Sequence record: SRR22947727_800
Length of the DNA: 34,800 bases
Direction: 5' to 3' (one strand)
Notes under the pieces: generated by a model
Told to the model about the DNA's origin: nothing
What the model saw: only the letters and a program-made list of their open reading frames with translations
The model's database searches: none
Part shown: piece by piece, positions 18,810 to 27,933 of the stretch
Numbering within the stretch: the first letter of the stretch is position 1
How the letters are laid out: each line of letters begins with the position of its first letter
Position numbers and translations under genes: made by a program

Positions 18810-20250
18810 GGCCCGTCGTGCCGCAGCGGAGCGTTTCGAGATTCCATAACCAAATTTGACCGGCGGGCGAATTTCCGTCCCATGCGGTGAAATTTAGGTC
18901 TTCAACTTTAGGTGATTTTTTCGAAGGCGCGGTGGCAGATTTTTCACCGGTTAAAGAAAAACAGGCGAGTTCGCCGTCGGTCGTTTTACAAAAAATCCGG
19001 CGATCAGCGAGAACGACGTGGGGCCATGCCATTTCGTTAAAAATGCCCCGCTTTTCGGCAAGAATGGTAATTTTTTCAGGGGAGCGTTTTGCGGTTTCGA
19101 CAAGGGATAAATCGCCGCCGTTTCCCCACACAAGGAGTCGATTATCACCCGTGACGAGACACGATCCGGCATCGCCGACTTTGCCACCTTCCCAAATTAG
19201 TTTACCGGTTTTGAACTCGACGCAGTGAATTCCTTTGTTCGCAAAATAAACGTGATCCCCATGAATAACTGGAGTGCAGACGCCGCTGGGCAATTTATTT
19301 TTCCAAATTTCACGAGCTCCATTTTCCAATGAAACTTGGACTTTGGCCATCGCCATATGATTGTATCGCGAGCCGATCAAGAGTTCGTTTCCGCGCGCGG
19401 CGATCCCGGCGATGGTGTTGGAGAAATCGGTCGGCCACGGAAATTCAGCGACGGTTTTGCCTGCGTTTTTTCCATCGAGCCGCACGACCAACGCGTGATA
19501 CGAAGTCGCAATTGCGACGCACGGAACGCCATCAATCGTCATTGGAGTGAGGGCTCCGGCATGGCCGGCGACGTCCCGGTTTTCTGAAGCCCAGACTTGT
19601 TTACCGGTCTTTTTATCAAATGCGTGAAGGTTCCCGGATTTAGGATCGCCAACCTCAACAATGATCCAATTTTCGAAAACGAACGGGGCTGTGGTGTATC
19701 CGTAGTCTCGCAGGGTGTTTTTTCGTTTGGTGATTTGAGGGCGTTTCGGGACGTTGAATTGCTCGTAAAGATTCAGGTTCCAACCGGGCGCGCCACTTTT
19801 CGTCGCATCCCAGGCTCGCAAATCACCGTCGCAGGAAAGAGTGTAGAGTAATCCGGTCGTGGGATCGAATTCCGGAGTGGCCGTCGCGCCTCGATACATC
19901 CGCTGATCACCCACGGCGTGTCTTCCGTATTTTGGTGCAGGGTAATATTGTTCCCAAACCGTCGCGCCGCTTTTCGGATTGATTGCGCGGACGGTATCAG
20001 AGTCGTTTTTCCAACCGATGGTGTAGACCGTGCCTGAAGCGATAATTGGACTGGAAGCGCCTTCACCGACGTTAATTTTCCAAAGCGCAGGAGCGGGCGG
20101 CCAGGGCTTTCCGTTTTCATAACCGGAAGATTCGGTGGTGATGTCTACGCGATTTTGACCGCGCCAGTGAGGCCAGTCTTCGGCGATAGTTTGGGTTTGC
20201 GGAAACAGACAAAGCGCGAGGATTCCTGCACAAAAAGAAAGTCGTGGCAT
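18810..20250 (-). CDS. PQQ-binding-like beta-propeller protein, apparently frameshifted near 18810-18843 (formal ORF runs to 18424)
   Basis: Signal peptide then EDWPHWRG, SSPII, ATPEF, AFDKKTGKQVW, TPVIHGDHVY and WPHVVLADRRIFCK; the tail beyond ~18840 is Arg-rich and looks off-frame. Confidence 0.8.
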
Positions 20251-20347
20251 AAAATAACCATGGATGATGCAGGAGGATATGCCAATGGCCACAACGAGCC
20301 TCAGGCTATGGCGGTTGTTTGGTATTCGAGAATATCGGGTCGCTAAG

Positions 20348-20806
20348 TCAGCAAATTTTCAAAAACGCAACCAACAGCACTCCAACTCGAGCAGTCCAGA
20401 TAAAGACGCGAATCCAGTTTACTTTGATGATCTCACGCACCGTCGTTTCGTTCCAGCCGGATTCGGCGAGAGACGCATGTTGCGGAACCTGAACGAAAAA
20501 CGTGACCATCCAGACAGCGGGGACGAGCAGGCCGGCAGTAACGATGTGCCAATGAATTTCGGAATCCCAAAAATACCAGACTCCAAGAATCGCGAAAATG
20601 AGCTCGGCGACCATGACTGGCCCGACGACCCATGACATCCGCTTCATGTAGCGGTCGTGATACTTGAGGAATCCGGATTGAGGAACTTCTAGAAATTGCG
20701 GATAGGTAACAATTTGAACCATCCAGATGATGCCCGCCATGGCGCAGGTGGCCAGAAGCTGGCCGAGTATGAGCAGCATCGATTTATCTACGGGAGTGAG
20801 TTCCAT
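20348..20806 (-). CDS. Conserved hypothetical membrane protein (about 4 TM helices)
   Basis: Four hydrophobic segments; IWMVQIVTYPQF...YH...VVGPVM and FVQVPQH...NWIRVFIW pattern. Confidence 0.75.
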   Translation of the reverse strand: MELTPVDKSMLLILGQLLATCAMAGIIWMVQIVTYPQFLEVPQSGFLKYHDRYMKRMSWVVGPVMVAELIFAILGVWYFWDSEIHWHIVTAGLLVPAVWMVTFFVQVPQHASLAESGWNETTVREIIKVNWIRVFIWTARVGVLLVAFLKIC

Positions 20807-21072
20807 TTGCTTATTTTCGCCGCATTTCCTGTTTTCGCATTGGCGTGGTGTCGATGAGTGAAAAAACGCTGCTTAAACGGCGGAAAAGGGCGCGCCACGT
20901 AATATCAGATCTCTCATTTCTAAAGGTAACGCTAACAGTGAAAAATCGGACAGCTTTGGTGATTTGAGTCTTTTTTTAGGAAACTGGCATTTTTTTCACA
21001 AATCACCTTGTCTAACCCAAAACCACGTGTGACCGATCCATGGTTAGGGCGGTTCCTTTTTCTGCCATTCCA

Positions 21073-23982
21073 ATGATCTCCTACGAAATCTCTGATCGAT
21101 TTATTGACGCTGGCGACGCCAGTGCGCTCCTTTACGCGCCGCTGGAATTTGACCTCACTTTCCGCAAGACCAGGCGTTACCTCTTTGAACTTGAAGACAT
21201 CGGGGGAGATTCGACGGCTGCGTTAGCGCGTTTCGTGAAGCGCACTCTGCTCGATGAGGCGTCGCAAGAGCTGTTCATTGACCAGAACGCCTGTGATGAT
21301 TGGCTTTTCATGATCGAATACGGCATGAAGCCGGGTGGTCTCGATTTGGAAAAAGAAGCGATCCGCGCCCGATTTCAGGGACGGTCTCAGGAGTTGGGCT
21401 TCCATCCCAACCGCTTTGATTTGCACCAGCGGGTTTACGTTTTTGGTGATCTTGCCGAAGACGTCAGTGTTGAAGAGGTTGCGAAAACGTTTGTGAAAGA
21501 CGTCTGCAACCCGGCTATTCACAAATCTACGATTCATTATCCGAGTTCGCAGGCTTTGACGGGAAATGCGCTGATGGATCGGATCACGACGCATCCTACC
21601 GATTTTTATCGCCGCTTTAAGATTTCTGATCTCAATGAAGACGAGCTGTTTGAAATCAGTCAGTTCCTCAAGCTGTCGCTTTCTAAAGTGGACATGCTGG
21701 CAGTTCAAAAAATCTACGCTGATTGGAACCGCGAGCCGACTGATGTTGAGCTTGAGGTCATCGCGCAGACTTGGAGTGAGCACTGCAAGCACCGGATTTT
21801 CGGGGCGACGATAGCCCACGACGGACCTGACGGTGCCGAGGCGATCAATTCGCTTTTCAAGACTTACATTTACGATGTGACGAATCGCATCATGGAACGG
21901 AAGCCGGGCTTCGTGCTTTCGTGTTTCCATGACAACGCGGGTTTCATCAAGCTCGATGACAAACAGGCCGTTTGTTTGAAAGCCGAGACGCACAATCACC
22001 CGTCGGCGCTTGAGCCGTATGCGGGTGCAAATACCGGTCTTGGTGGCGTGATTCGTGATATTTTGGGGGCGGGTAAAGGCGCCAAGCCGATTGCCTCGCT
22101 CGATGTTTTTTGCTTTGGCCCGCCAGATACTCCTGCTGAAAAAATCGGTGCGGAAGACGTGATTCACCCACTTGGCGTGATGCGCGGCGTGGTTCGTGGC
22201 GTTCGCGATTACGGAAACCGGATGGGAATTCCCACGGTGAGCGGCGCGATTCAGTTCGACGACGCCTATATCTATAACCCGTTGGTTTACTGCGGAACAG
22301 CCGGTGTGATTCCAAATGGCGACATCGACAAAGAAATGTCCGCCGGCCTGAAAATTGTTGCCGTTGGTGGCAAAACGGGCCGTGACGGGATCAAAGGTGC
22401 GACGTTCTCATCAGCCGCGCTCGATACCGATTCACACGAAGAAGATCAGACTGCGGTTCAGATTGGAAATCCGATCGAAGAGAAAAAGGCAGCTGATTTT
22501 GTCCTCGCTGCTCGCGATGCGGGGCTGATCGAATTTGTGACCGACTGCGGTGCGGGTGGATTTTCCAGCGCCTGCGGTGAAATGCTCGAAGACGTTGGTG
22601 GTGAAATCAATCTCGATACGATGCCGCTGAAAGAGCAGGGCATGGTTTCGTGGGAGCTGTTTATCTCTGAAAGTCAGGAGCGCATGGTTTTGGCCGTGAA
22701 AGAAGAGTCGCTTCCGCAGCTTCAAGAAATTGCTGATCGATGTGAAACCGAAATGGCGGTGCTAGGTGATTCCGATGGCTCGGGAATTTTGAAAGTAAAG
22801 CATCACGGCGAGACCGTGTGTGAACTTGATTGTTCCGCGCTTCACGATGCGCCGATTCGTCAGATGAAGTCGAAGTGGACTTCAAAGCCTGATGCGGCAG
22901 CTGCTCCGACGATTTCTAATTTGGGCGAAGCCCTTCGCGATGTCCTGTCTGACTTCGCAGTCGTTTCGCGCGAGCCAATCATTCGTGAATACGATCACGA
23001 AGTTCAAGGCAACACCGTTCAGAAACCACTCGCAGGTGCCTCCGGCGATGCTCCGCAAGATGCGGCGGTCATGCGGATTGATGGATCGGATAAACTCATG
23101 GCGATGGGGCTTTCTGTCCTGCCGGAGTGGGGAAAAACCGATCCATACGCGATGGGAACGGCTTGTGTCGATGAGTGTTATCGTCAGCTCGTTGGTGCCG
23201 GCTCAAATCCTGAGCGTATTGCAATTCTCGATAACTTTTGCGGCGGAAACCCCGACAATCACGAAGAACTTGGTGCACTGGTCGAAACGGTGAAAGGCAT
23301 TGCGGTTGCTGCGGATGCTTATTCTGCACCGTTTGTTTCCGGTAAAGATTCGTTCTACAACTATTTCGAAACAAAGGACGGTCCTGTTTCAATTCCGGTA
23401 ACCATTCTGATTTCCGGAATGGGAATCGTCGAAGATAAATCACATGTCGTTGGCGCATCGCTTCGTCGTTCGAATAGCGTGGTCGCCGTTCTCGGAACCA
23501 CTGGTAACGAACTTGGTGGCAGCGTTTTGGCTCGCCAGCTTGAGCACATTGATGCAGTTCCTCAGACTGATCTCGAAACGAATCTTGCTCTGTATAACGC
23601 CTATTACGAAGCGCTTAAAAATGGCTGGATTCTTTCCGCTCACGACGTTTCTGAAGGTGGACTCGCTGGAGCGCTCGCTGAATTTGCTTTCTCTGGAAAA
23701 GGCGGGCTTGAATTGAATCTCGATCAATTGCCAACCGACGGCGACGTTTCAAAAGTGGCTCTGCTTTTCGCGGAAACTCCCGGCCGATTCGTAATCGAGA
23801 TTGCACCGGAAAATCGCGAAGCGGTTGCTGCGCATTTTGCAGATCACGCCTACGGTGAAATTGGAACTGCCACTGATTCGCACACGAATTTGAATATTGA
23901 ATGGGGCAAAGAAACCCTGATCAACGAACCGCTTTCTGAACTGAAATCGTTATGGAAAAACGGCCTCGCGCCCTACTACTAA
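21073..23982 (+). CDS. purL: Phosphoribosylformylglycinamidine synthase PurL with an N-terminal PurS-like extension
   Basis: EPTDVELEVIAQTWSEHCKH, KAETHNHPSALEPYAGANTG, DCGAGG, SESQERM, SGKDSFYN and AHDVSEGG; ATG 21073 preferred over 21040. Confidence 0.95.
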   Translation: MISYEISDRFIDAGDASALLYAPLEFDLTFRKTRRYLFELEDIGGDSTAALARFVKRTLLDEASQELFIDQNACDDWLFMIEYGMKPGGLDLEKEAIRARFQGRSQELGFHPNRFDLHQRVYVFGDLAEDVSVEEVAKTFVKDVCNPAIHKSTIHYPSSQALTGNALMDRITTHPTDFYRRFKISDLNEDELFEISQFLKLSLSKVDMLAVQKIYADWNREPTDVELEVIAQTWSEHCKHRIFGATIAHDGPDGAEAINSLFKTYIYDVTNRIMERKPGFVLSCFHDNAGFIKLDDKQAVCLKAETHNHPSALEPYAGANTGLGGVIRDILGAGKGAKPIASLDVFCFGPPDTPAEKIGAEDVIHPLGVMRGVVRGVRDYGNRMGIPTVSGAIQFDDAYIYNPLVYCGTAGVIPNGDIDKEMSAGLKIVAVGGKTGRDGIKGATFSSAALDTDSHEEDQTAVQIGNPIEEKKAADFVLAARDAGLIEFVTDCGAGGFSSACGEMLEDVGGEINLDTMPLKEQGMVSWELFISESQERMVLAVKEESLPQLQEIADRCETEMAVLGDSDGSGILKVKHHGETVCELDCSALHDAPIRQMKSKWTSKPDAAAAPTISNLGEALRDVLSDFAVVSREPIIREYDHEVQGNTVQKPLAGASGDAPQDAAVMRIDGSDKLMAMGLSVLPEWGKTDPYAMGTACVDECYRQLVGAGSNPERIAILDNFCGGNPDNHEELGALVETVKGIAVAADAYSAPFVSGKDSFYNYFETKDGPVSIPVTILISGMGIVEDKSHVVGASLRRSNSVVAVLGTTGNELGGSVLARQLEHIDAVPQTDLETNLALYNAYYEALKNGWILSAHDVSEGGLAGALAEFAFSGKGGLELNLDQLPTDGDVSKVALLFAETPGRFVIEIAPENREAVAAHFADHAYGEIGTATDSHTNLNIEWGKETLINEPLSELKSLWKNGLAPYY

Positions 23983-24671
23983 AATTCCCTGGCACGAACT
24001 GCGACGCTGAAACGGCGCGCGCACTTACGTCTGTAGGATTTGAAGCGGAAATCGCTCCCAGCTCAACGCTCACGCGGGAAATGCTCGATGGCGTCAGCCT
24101 CGTGGTGCTCGTCGGTGGCTTTAGCTACGGGGATTATGTCATGTCCGGCCGAATTGCGAAGCTAGTGACCGAAAATAAAATCGGCGACGCACTGAAGGGA
24201 TTTCGCGATGGCGGCGGCTATCTACTCGGTATTTGCAATGGCTTCCAGATCCTGACGCAGCTCGGCTTGTTACCTGATTGCAGCCTCGTTCACAACACCA
24301 GCGGTCGTTATCAGTGCAAATGGTCGATGCTGAAAAATCACGCGCCGAACAGCCCGTATCTTTCGAAATTACCTGAAGAATTCGAATTTCCGTACGCTCA
24401 TGCAGAGGGACGCCTTGTCACTGCTGATCCAGCCGATGCCAAAAAACTCGTCGCCGATGGATTCGCCGCGCTGACCTACTCAACTGATGAAAACGGCAGC
24501 TTCGAGCAGATCGCCGGGCTTCAGGATGAAACGGGCCGCGTGCTTGGATTGATGCCGCACCCCGAGCGTTTCATGGAGCGCGAAGATCATTACGATCCCG
24601 ATTGGGACAAACAGGAGCGCGGCAACGGCCATTACCTTTTTGCATCCCTTTTTGAAGCCGTATCAAAATGA
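23952..24671 (+). CDS. purQ: FGAM synthase glutaminase subunit PurQ
   Basis: FPGTNCD, GGFSYGD, GICNGFQ (catalytic Cys), AHAEG and GLMPHPER; overlaps the purL end by 31 nt. Confidence 0.95.
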   Translation: MEKRPRALLLKFPGTNCDAETARALTSVGFEAEIAPSSTLTREMLDGVSLVVLVGGFSYGDYVMSGRIAKLVTENKIGDALKGFRDGGGYLLGICNGFQILTQLGLLPDCSLVHNTSGRYQCKWSMLKNHAPNSPYLSKLPEEFEFPYAHAEGRLVTADPADAKKLVADGFAALTYSTDENGSFEQIAGLQDETGRVLGLMPHPERFMEREDHYDPDWDKQERGNGHYLFASLFEAVSK

Positions 24672-24673
24672 TG

Positions 24674-24726
24674 TTTTTCGAAACAACAGGGTCTGTTTGC
24701 CAAACCAACCCTATTGGTTCGTGGAG
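24674..24726. repeat. Inverted pair of the ~22-bp dispersed repeat, copy 2
   Basis: 19-bp identity with 17097-17115 and 16-bp identity (CTATTGGTTCGTGGAG) with 34630-34645. Confidence 0.75.
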
Positions 24727-24729
24727 GTG

Positions 24730-24838
24730 GGTAGGGACGATTGTCCCCAATCGTCCGCGAAGCCTATCGGATCGAAGCAACCTGACCGAAGTAGACCCGC
24801 CGTTGCATTGCGGACGATTGGGGACAATCGTCCCTACC
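24730..24838. repeat. GTAG-family REP doublet (REPIN-like)
   Basis: Perfect 29-bp inverted repeat GGTAGGGACGATTGTCCCCAATCGTCCGC (24730-24758 / 24810-24838) with a 51-bp spacer; each arm is GTAG plus a 9-bp-stem palindrome. Confidence 0.85.
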
Positions 24839-24880
24839 TGCCTTTCATTTTAAATTTGCCGATTTTCTAAAACACCCGCC

Positions 24881-25879
24881 ATGTCCGAAAACGAATCATT
24901 CACTTACAAAAACGCCGGAGTCGATATCCACGAAGCGGCTGCGCTGGTTGGCGATATCAATGACCTCCGCCAACGAACTGAGGGCGGGCGCCAGCTGATG
25001 CAGGCGTTTGGTCTTTTCGCAGCGAGCTACGATTTGTCCGACTACAAACAACCGGTCATTGTGACAGGTTGTGATGGAGTCGGCACGAAGCTGGAGCTTT
25101 TACTCGAATACGATCTGCTCGAAATCGCCGGAAAAGATCTGGTGGCGATGAATGTGAACGACATTCTCACGACCGGCGGCGATCCACTGATGTTTCTCGA
25201 TTACGTCGGTGTTGGCGCGATCGATAAAACGAAGATCAAACGACTGATCTCCGGAATGGCCGAGCATTTGGAGAGCTGCGACTGCATTCTCGCGGGCGGC
25301 GAAACGGCTGAGATGCCGGGAATCGTGCCGGATAACATGGTCGAGCTGAGCGGATTTTGCGTCGGTGCGGTGGAGAAGCCTGAAATGATCGATCCGACTC
25401 GAGTTGAAGTCGGTGATGTCCTGGTTGGCTATCCATCCGATGGATTTCACGCGAACGGCTGGAGTTTGATTCGCAAAATCATCGCGGCATTTCCCGACGA
25501 AGTGACTCGCGAAGAAATGGCTGAAATGCTGGCTCCGACTCGTTTGTATCACGATGCGTGCGCGGGCCTTAAGGCGGCTGGCGCGGATGTTCGAGCCTAC
25601 GCTCACATTACCGGCGGCGGACTTCCTGAAAACCTCGAGCGTTTGCTCGGTGAAAAAGGAGCCGCGATTACCATTCCGAAATGGGAGCTCGGAGCGGTTC
25701 AGAAAATTTTGCAACACGTAGACACCGAGAAGGACGCGATCGACACCTTCAACATGGGTTGGGGCTGGGTCGCGATTATTCCTGCAGCAGATGCTGAAAA
25801 AGCGACATTATTTCACGAAGGAGCGAAAGTTCTTGGCGAAGTGACCGACGGAGGTGGTGTGAACGTCCAAATAGGATAA
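24881..25879 (+). CDS. purM: Phosphoribosylformylglycinamidine cyclo-ligase (AIR synthase)
   Basis: YKNAGVDI, DGVGTK, DLVAMNVND, GGETAEMPG, GFHANG, AHITGGG and TFNMG. Confidence 0.97.
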   Translation: MSENESFTYKNAGVDIHEAAALVGDINDLRQRTEGGRQLMQAFGLFAASYDLSDYKQPVIVTGCDGVGTKLELLLEYDLLEIAGKDLVAMNVNDILTTGGDPLMFLDYVGVGAIDKTKIKRLISGMAEHLESCDCILAGGETAEMPGIVPDNMVELSGFCVGAVEKPEMIDPTRVEVGDVLVGYPSDGFHANGWSLIRKIIAAFPDEVTREEMAEMLAPTRLYHDACAGLKAAGADVRAYAHITGGGLPENLERLLGEKGAAITIPKWELGAVQKILQHVDTEKDAIDTFNMGWGWVAIIPAADAEKATLFHEGAKVLGEVTDGGGVNVQIG

Positions 25880-25899
25880 CCGACCAGCTTCATTAACAA

Positions 25900-27879
25900 A
25901 TGAGCGACTCAATCAATCACGAATGCGGCTTGGCCTTTATCCGGCTGAAGAAACCGCTCGGCTATTACAACGACAAATACGGCACGCCGTTGTGGGGATT
26001 TCAGCGGCTCTATTTGTTGATGGAGAAGCAGCACAACCGTGGTCAGGACGGCATCGGGATTGGTTGCTGCAAGTTGAACCCTCCTCTCGGGAAGCCTTAT
26101 ATTTTCCGTGAACGAAACGCGAAACGGGATTCACTAATAAAAGTGATGGAGGACCAGTTGTCGACTTTTGCGAAGCTGGAACGACGTGGGAAAATCACTT
26201 CAGATGAAGTCGGCAAGAATGGAAAGCCGCTGATCGATCCTGACAAATTCAAAGATCAATTCGATTTTGGCGGCGAACTGCTGTTGGGGCATTTACGATA
26301 TGGAACATCAGGTCGGCTGGGTTCTGGGGGGTGCCATCCCTACCTGAAGCGCACTAGCTGGCCTACGAAAACGCTGATGGTGGCCGGCAATTTCAACATG
26401 ACCAACGCGCGTGATTTGAATCACCATCTGATCGAGCGTGGTCAGCATCCGATTTTCGATACCGATACGCAGACGGTGCTGGAAGAGATCGGCTTCAATC
26501 TCGAAGAAGCCCACGATGCGGTTTATCACCGTGAACGAGATAAAGGAACGCCAGGACAGGAAATTCCGGGGATCATTTCAAAAGAAATCGATATCCGCCG
26601 AATTTTGGAAAAATGTGGGAACGTTTGGGATGGCGGTTATGCGATTGCCGGAGCCATCGGAAATGGTGATGGCTTTGTCCTTCGTGATCCCAGCGGAATT
26701 CGCCCCTGCCATTATTACGAAGATGACGAGGTGATCGCTTTTGCAAGTGAGCGGGTGCCGTTGATGACGGTTTTTGCCTGCGAAAAAGGTGATGTTCGCG
26801 AACTTGAACCCGGGCATGTTGCGGTGATGAAGCGGCAACAGGGAACGATCGCGACGGAGCTTCAGATCGAGAAATTTGCTGAACCACTTGAATTCAAACC
26901 ATGTTCGTTCGAGCGCATTTATTTTTCACGCGGAAATGATCCAACGATTTATCAGGAACGCCTTGCTCTAGGTCATGCACTGGTACCGCAAATTCAAAAA
27001 GCGATTAACAACGATTTTGGGAAAGCGGTCTTCAGTTTTGTGCCGAATACGGCGGAGATTGGTTACCACGGAATGATGGACGGATTGCGTCGCGCGCGTC
27101 GTGAGGAAGTCCGCGATCAACTGTTGGCGGCGGTCGCTGACGGATCGATCAATGCGGATTTGATCGATGATTTGATTATGGGGAATTGGCCGAAGGGCGA
27201 AAAAATTACCCATAAAGACATCAAGCTGCGGACCTTTATCAATCAGGAAAAAGGCCGTGACCAGATGGTGTCTCACGTTTACGACATCACTTATGGCATC
27301 GTGAAAGAAGACGATACCTTGGTGGTAATTGATGATTCAATTGTGCGCGGAACCACTCTGCAAAAGTCGATTCTAAAAATTCTGACGCGGACCAATCCGA
27401 AGAAAATCGTGATTGTCTCAACCGCGCCTCAGATCCGCTATCCCGATTGTTACGGCATCGATATGTCCGAGCTTGGGAAATTTATCGCCTTTCGCGCGGC
27501 TGCGAATTTGCTGGAAAAACGCGGCCTTCACAATGTGAAGATCGACGTATACGCCGCCTGCAAAGCGGAGTTGGAAAAGCCGGTCGAAGAGCAGGTGAAT
27601 TGCATGAAGGCCTTTTACGAGCCGTTTACAGCGGAAGAAATTTCAGCTGAAATTGCCGAGATCGTTTATCCAACGGACGTTCAGTGGAGTGGTGAAATTG
27701 AAGTAATTTATCAGACAATCGAAAGCCTTCACGGAGCGATTCCGGTTCACAATGGCGATTGGTATTTCACCGGAAATTTCCCTACGCCTGGAGGCACCAA
27801 GATTGCGAATCAGGCCTATATTTCCTATATCGACGGAGATGAAGAGCGGCCTTACGACATGCTGCCGCTCAATTCTTGA
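25900..27879 (+). CDS. purF: Amidophosphoribosyltransferase (long type)
   Basis: HE|CG N-terminal nucleophile, QHNRGQDG, GHLRYGT, CSFERIYFSR, DDSIVRGTT PRPP loop and YGIDM. Confidence 0.95.
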   Translation: MSDSINHECGLAFIRLKKPLGYYNDKYGTPLWGFQRLYLLMEKQHNRGQDGIGIGCCKLNPPLGKPYIFRERNAKRDSLIKVMEDQLSTFAKLERRGKITSDEVGKNGKPLIDPDKFKDQFDFGGELLLGHLRYGTSGRLGSGGCHPYLKRTSWPTKTLMVAGNFNMTNARDLNHHLIERGQHPIFDTDTQTVLEEIGFNLEEAHDAVYHRERDKGTPGQEIPGIISKEIDIRRILEKCGNVWDGGYAIAGAIGNGDGFVLRDPSGIRPCHYYEDDEVIAFASERVPLMTVFACEKGDVRELEPGHVAVMKRQQGTIATELQIEKFAEPLEFKPCSFERIYFSRGNDPTIYQERLALGHALVPQIQKAINNDFGKAVFSFVPNTAEIGYHGMMDGLRRARREEVRDQLLAAVADGSINADLIDDLIMGNWPKGEKITHKDIKLRTFINQEKGRDQMVSHVYDITYGIVKEDDTLVVIDDSIVRGTTLQKSILKILTRTNPKKIVIVSTAPQIRYPDCYGIDMSELGKFIAFRAAANLLEKRGLHNVKIDVYAACKAELEKPVEEQVNCMKAFYEPFTAEEISAEIAEIVYPTDVQWSGEIEVIYQTIESLHGAIPVHNGDWYFTGNFPTPGGTKIANQAYISYIDGDEERPYDMLPLNS

Positions 27880-27933
27880 ACTGATAATTTTGGTTTAAAA
27901 CGTGGCTGATTGGTCCGACCATTCCCTTAACGA

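Noticed and set aside
20807-21072. Purine or ZTP riboswitch upstream of purL
   Set aside because: Only a 9-bp inverted repeat (20958-20966 / 20999-21007) is visible and I could not identify riboswitch consensus motifs; an Rfam scan would be needed.
24571-24870. Short ORFs in the purQ-purM spacer
   Set aside because: They are translations of the repeat and REP sequences, not plausible proteins.
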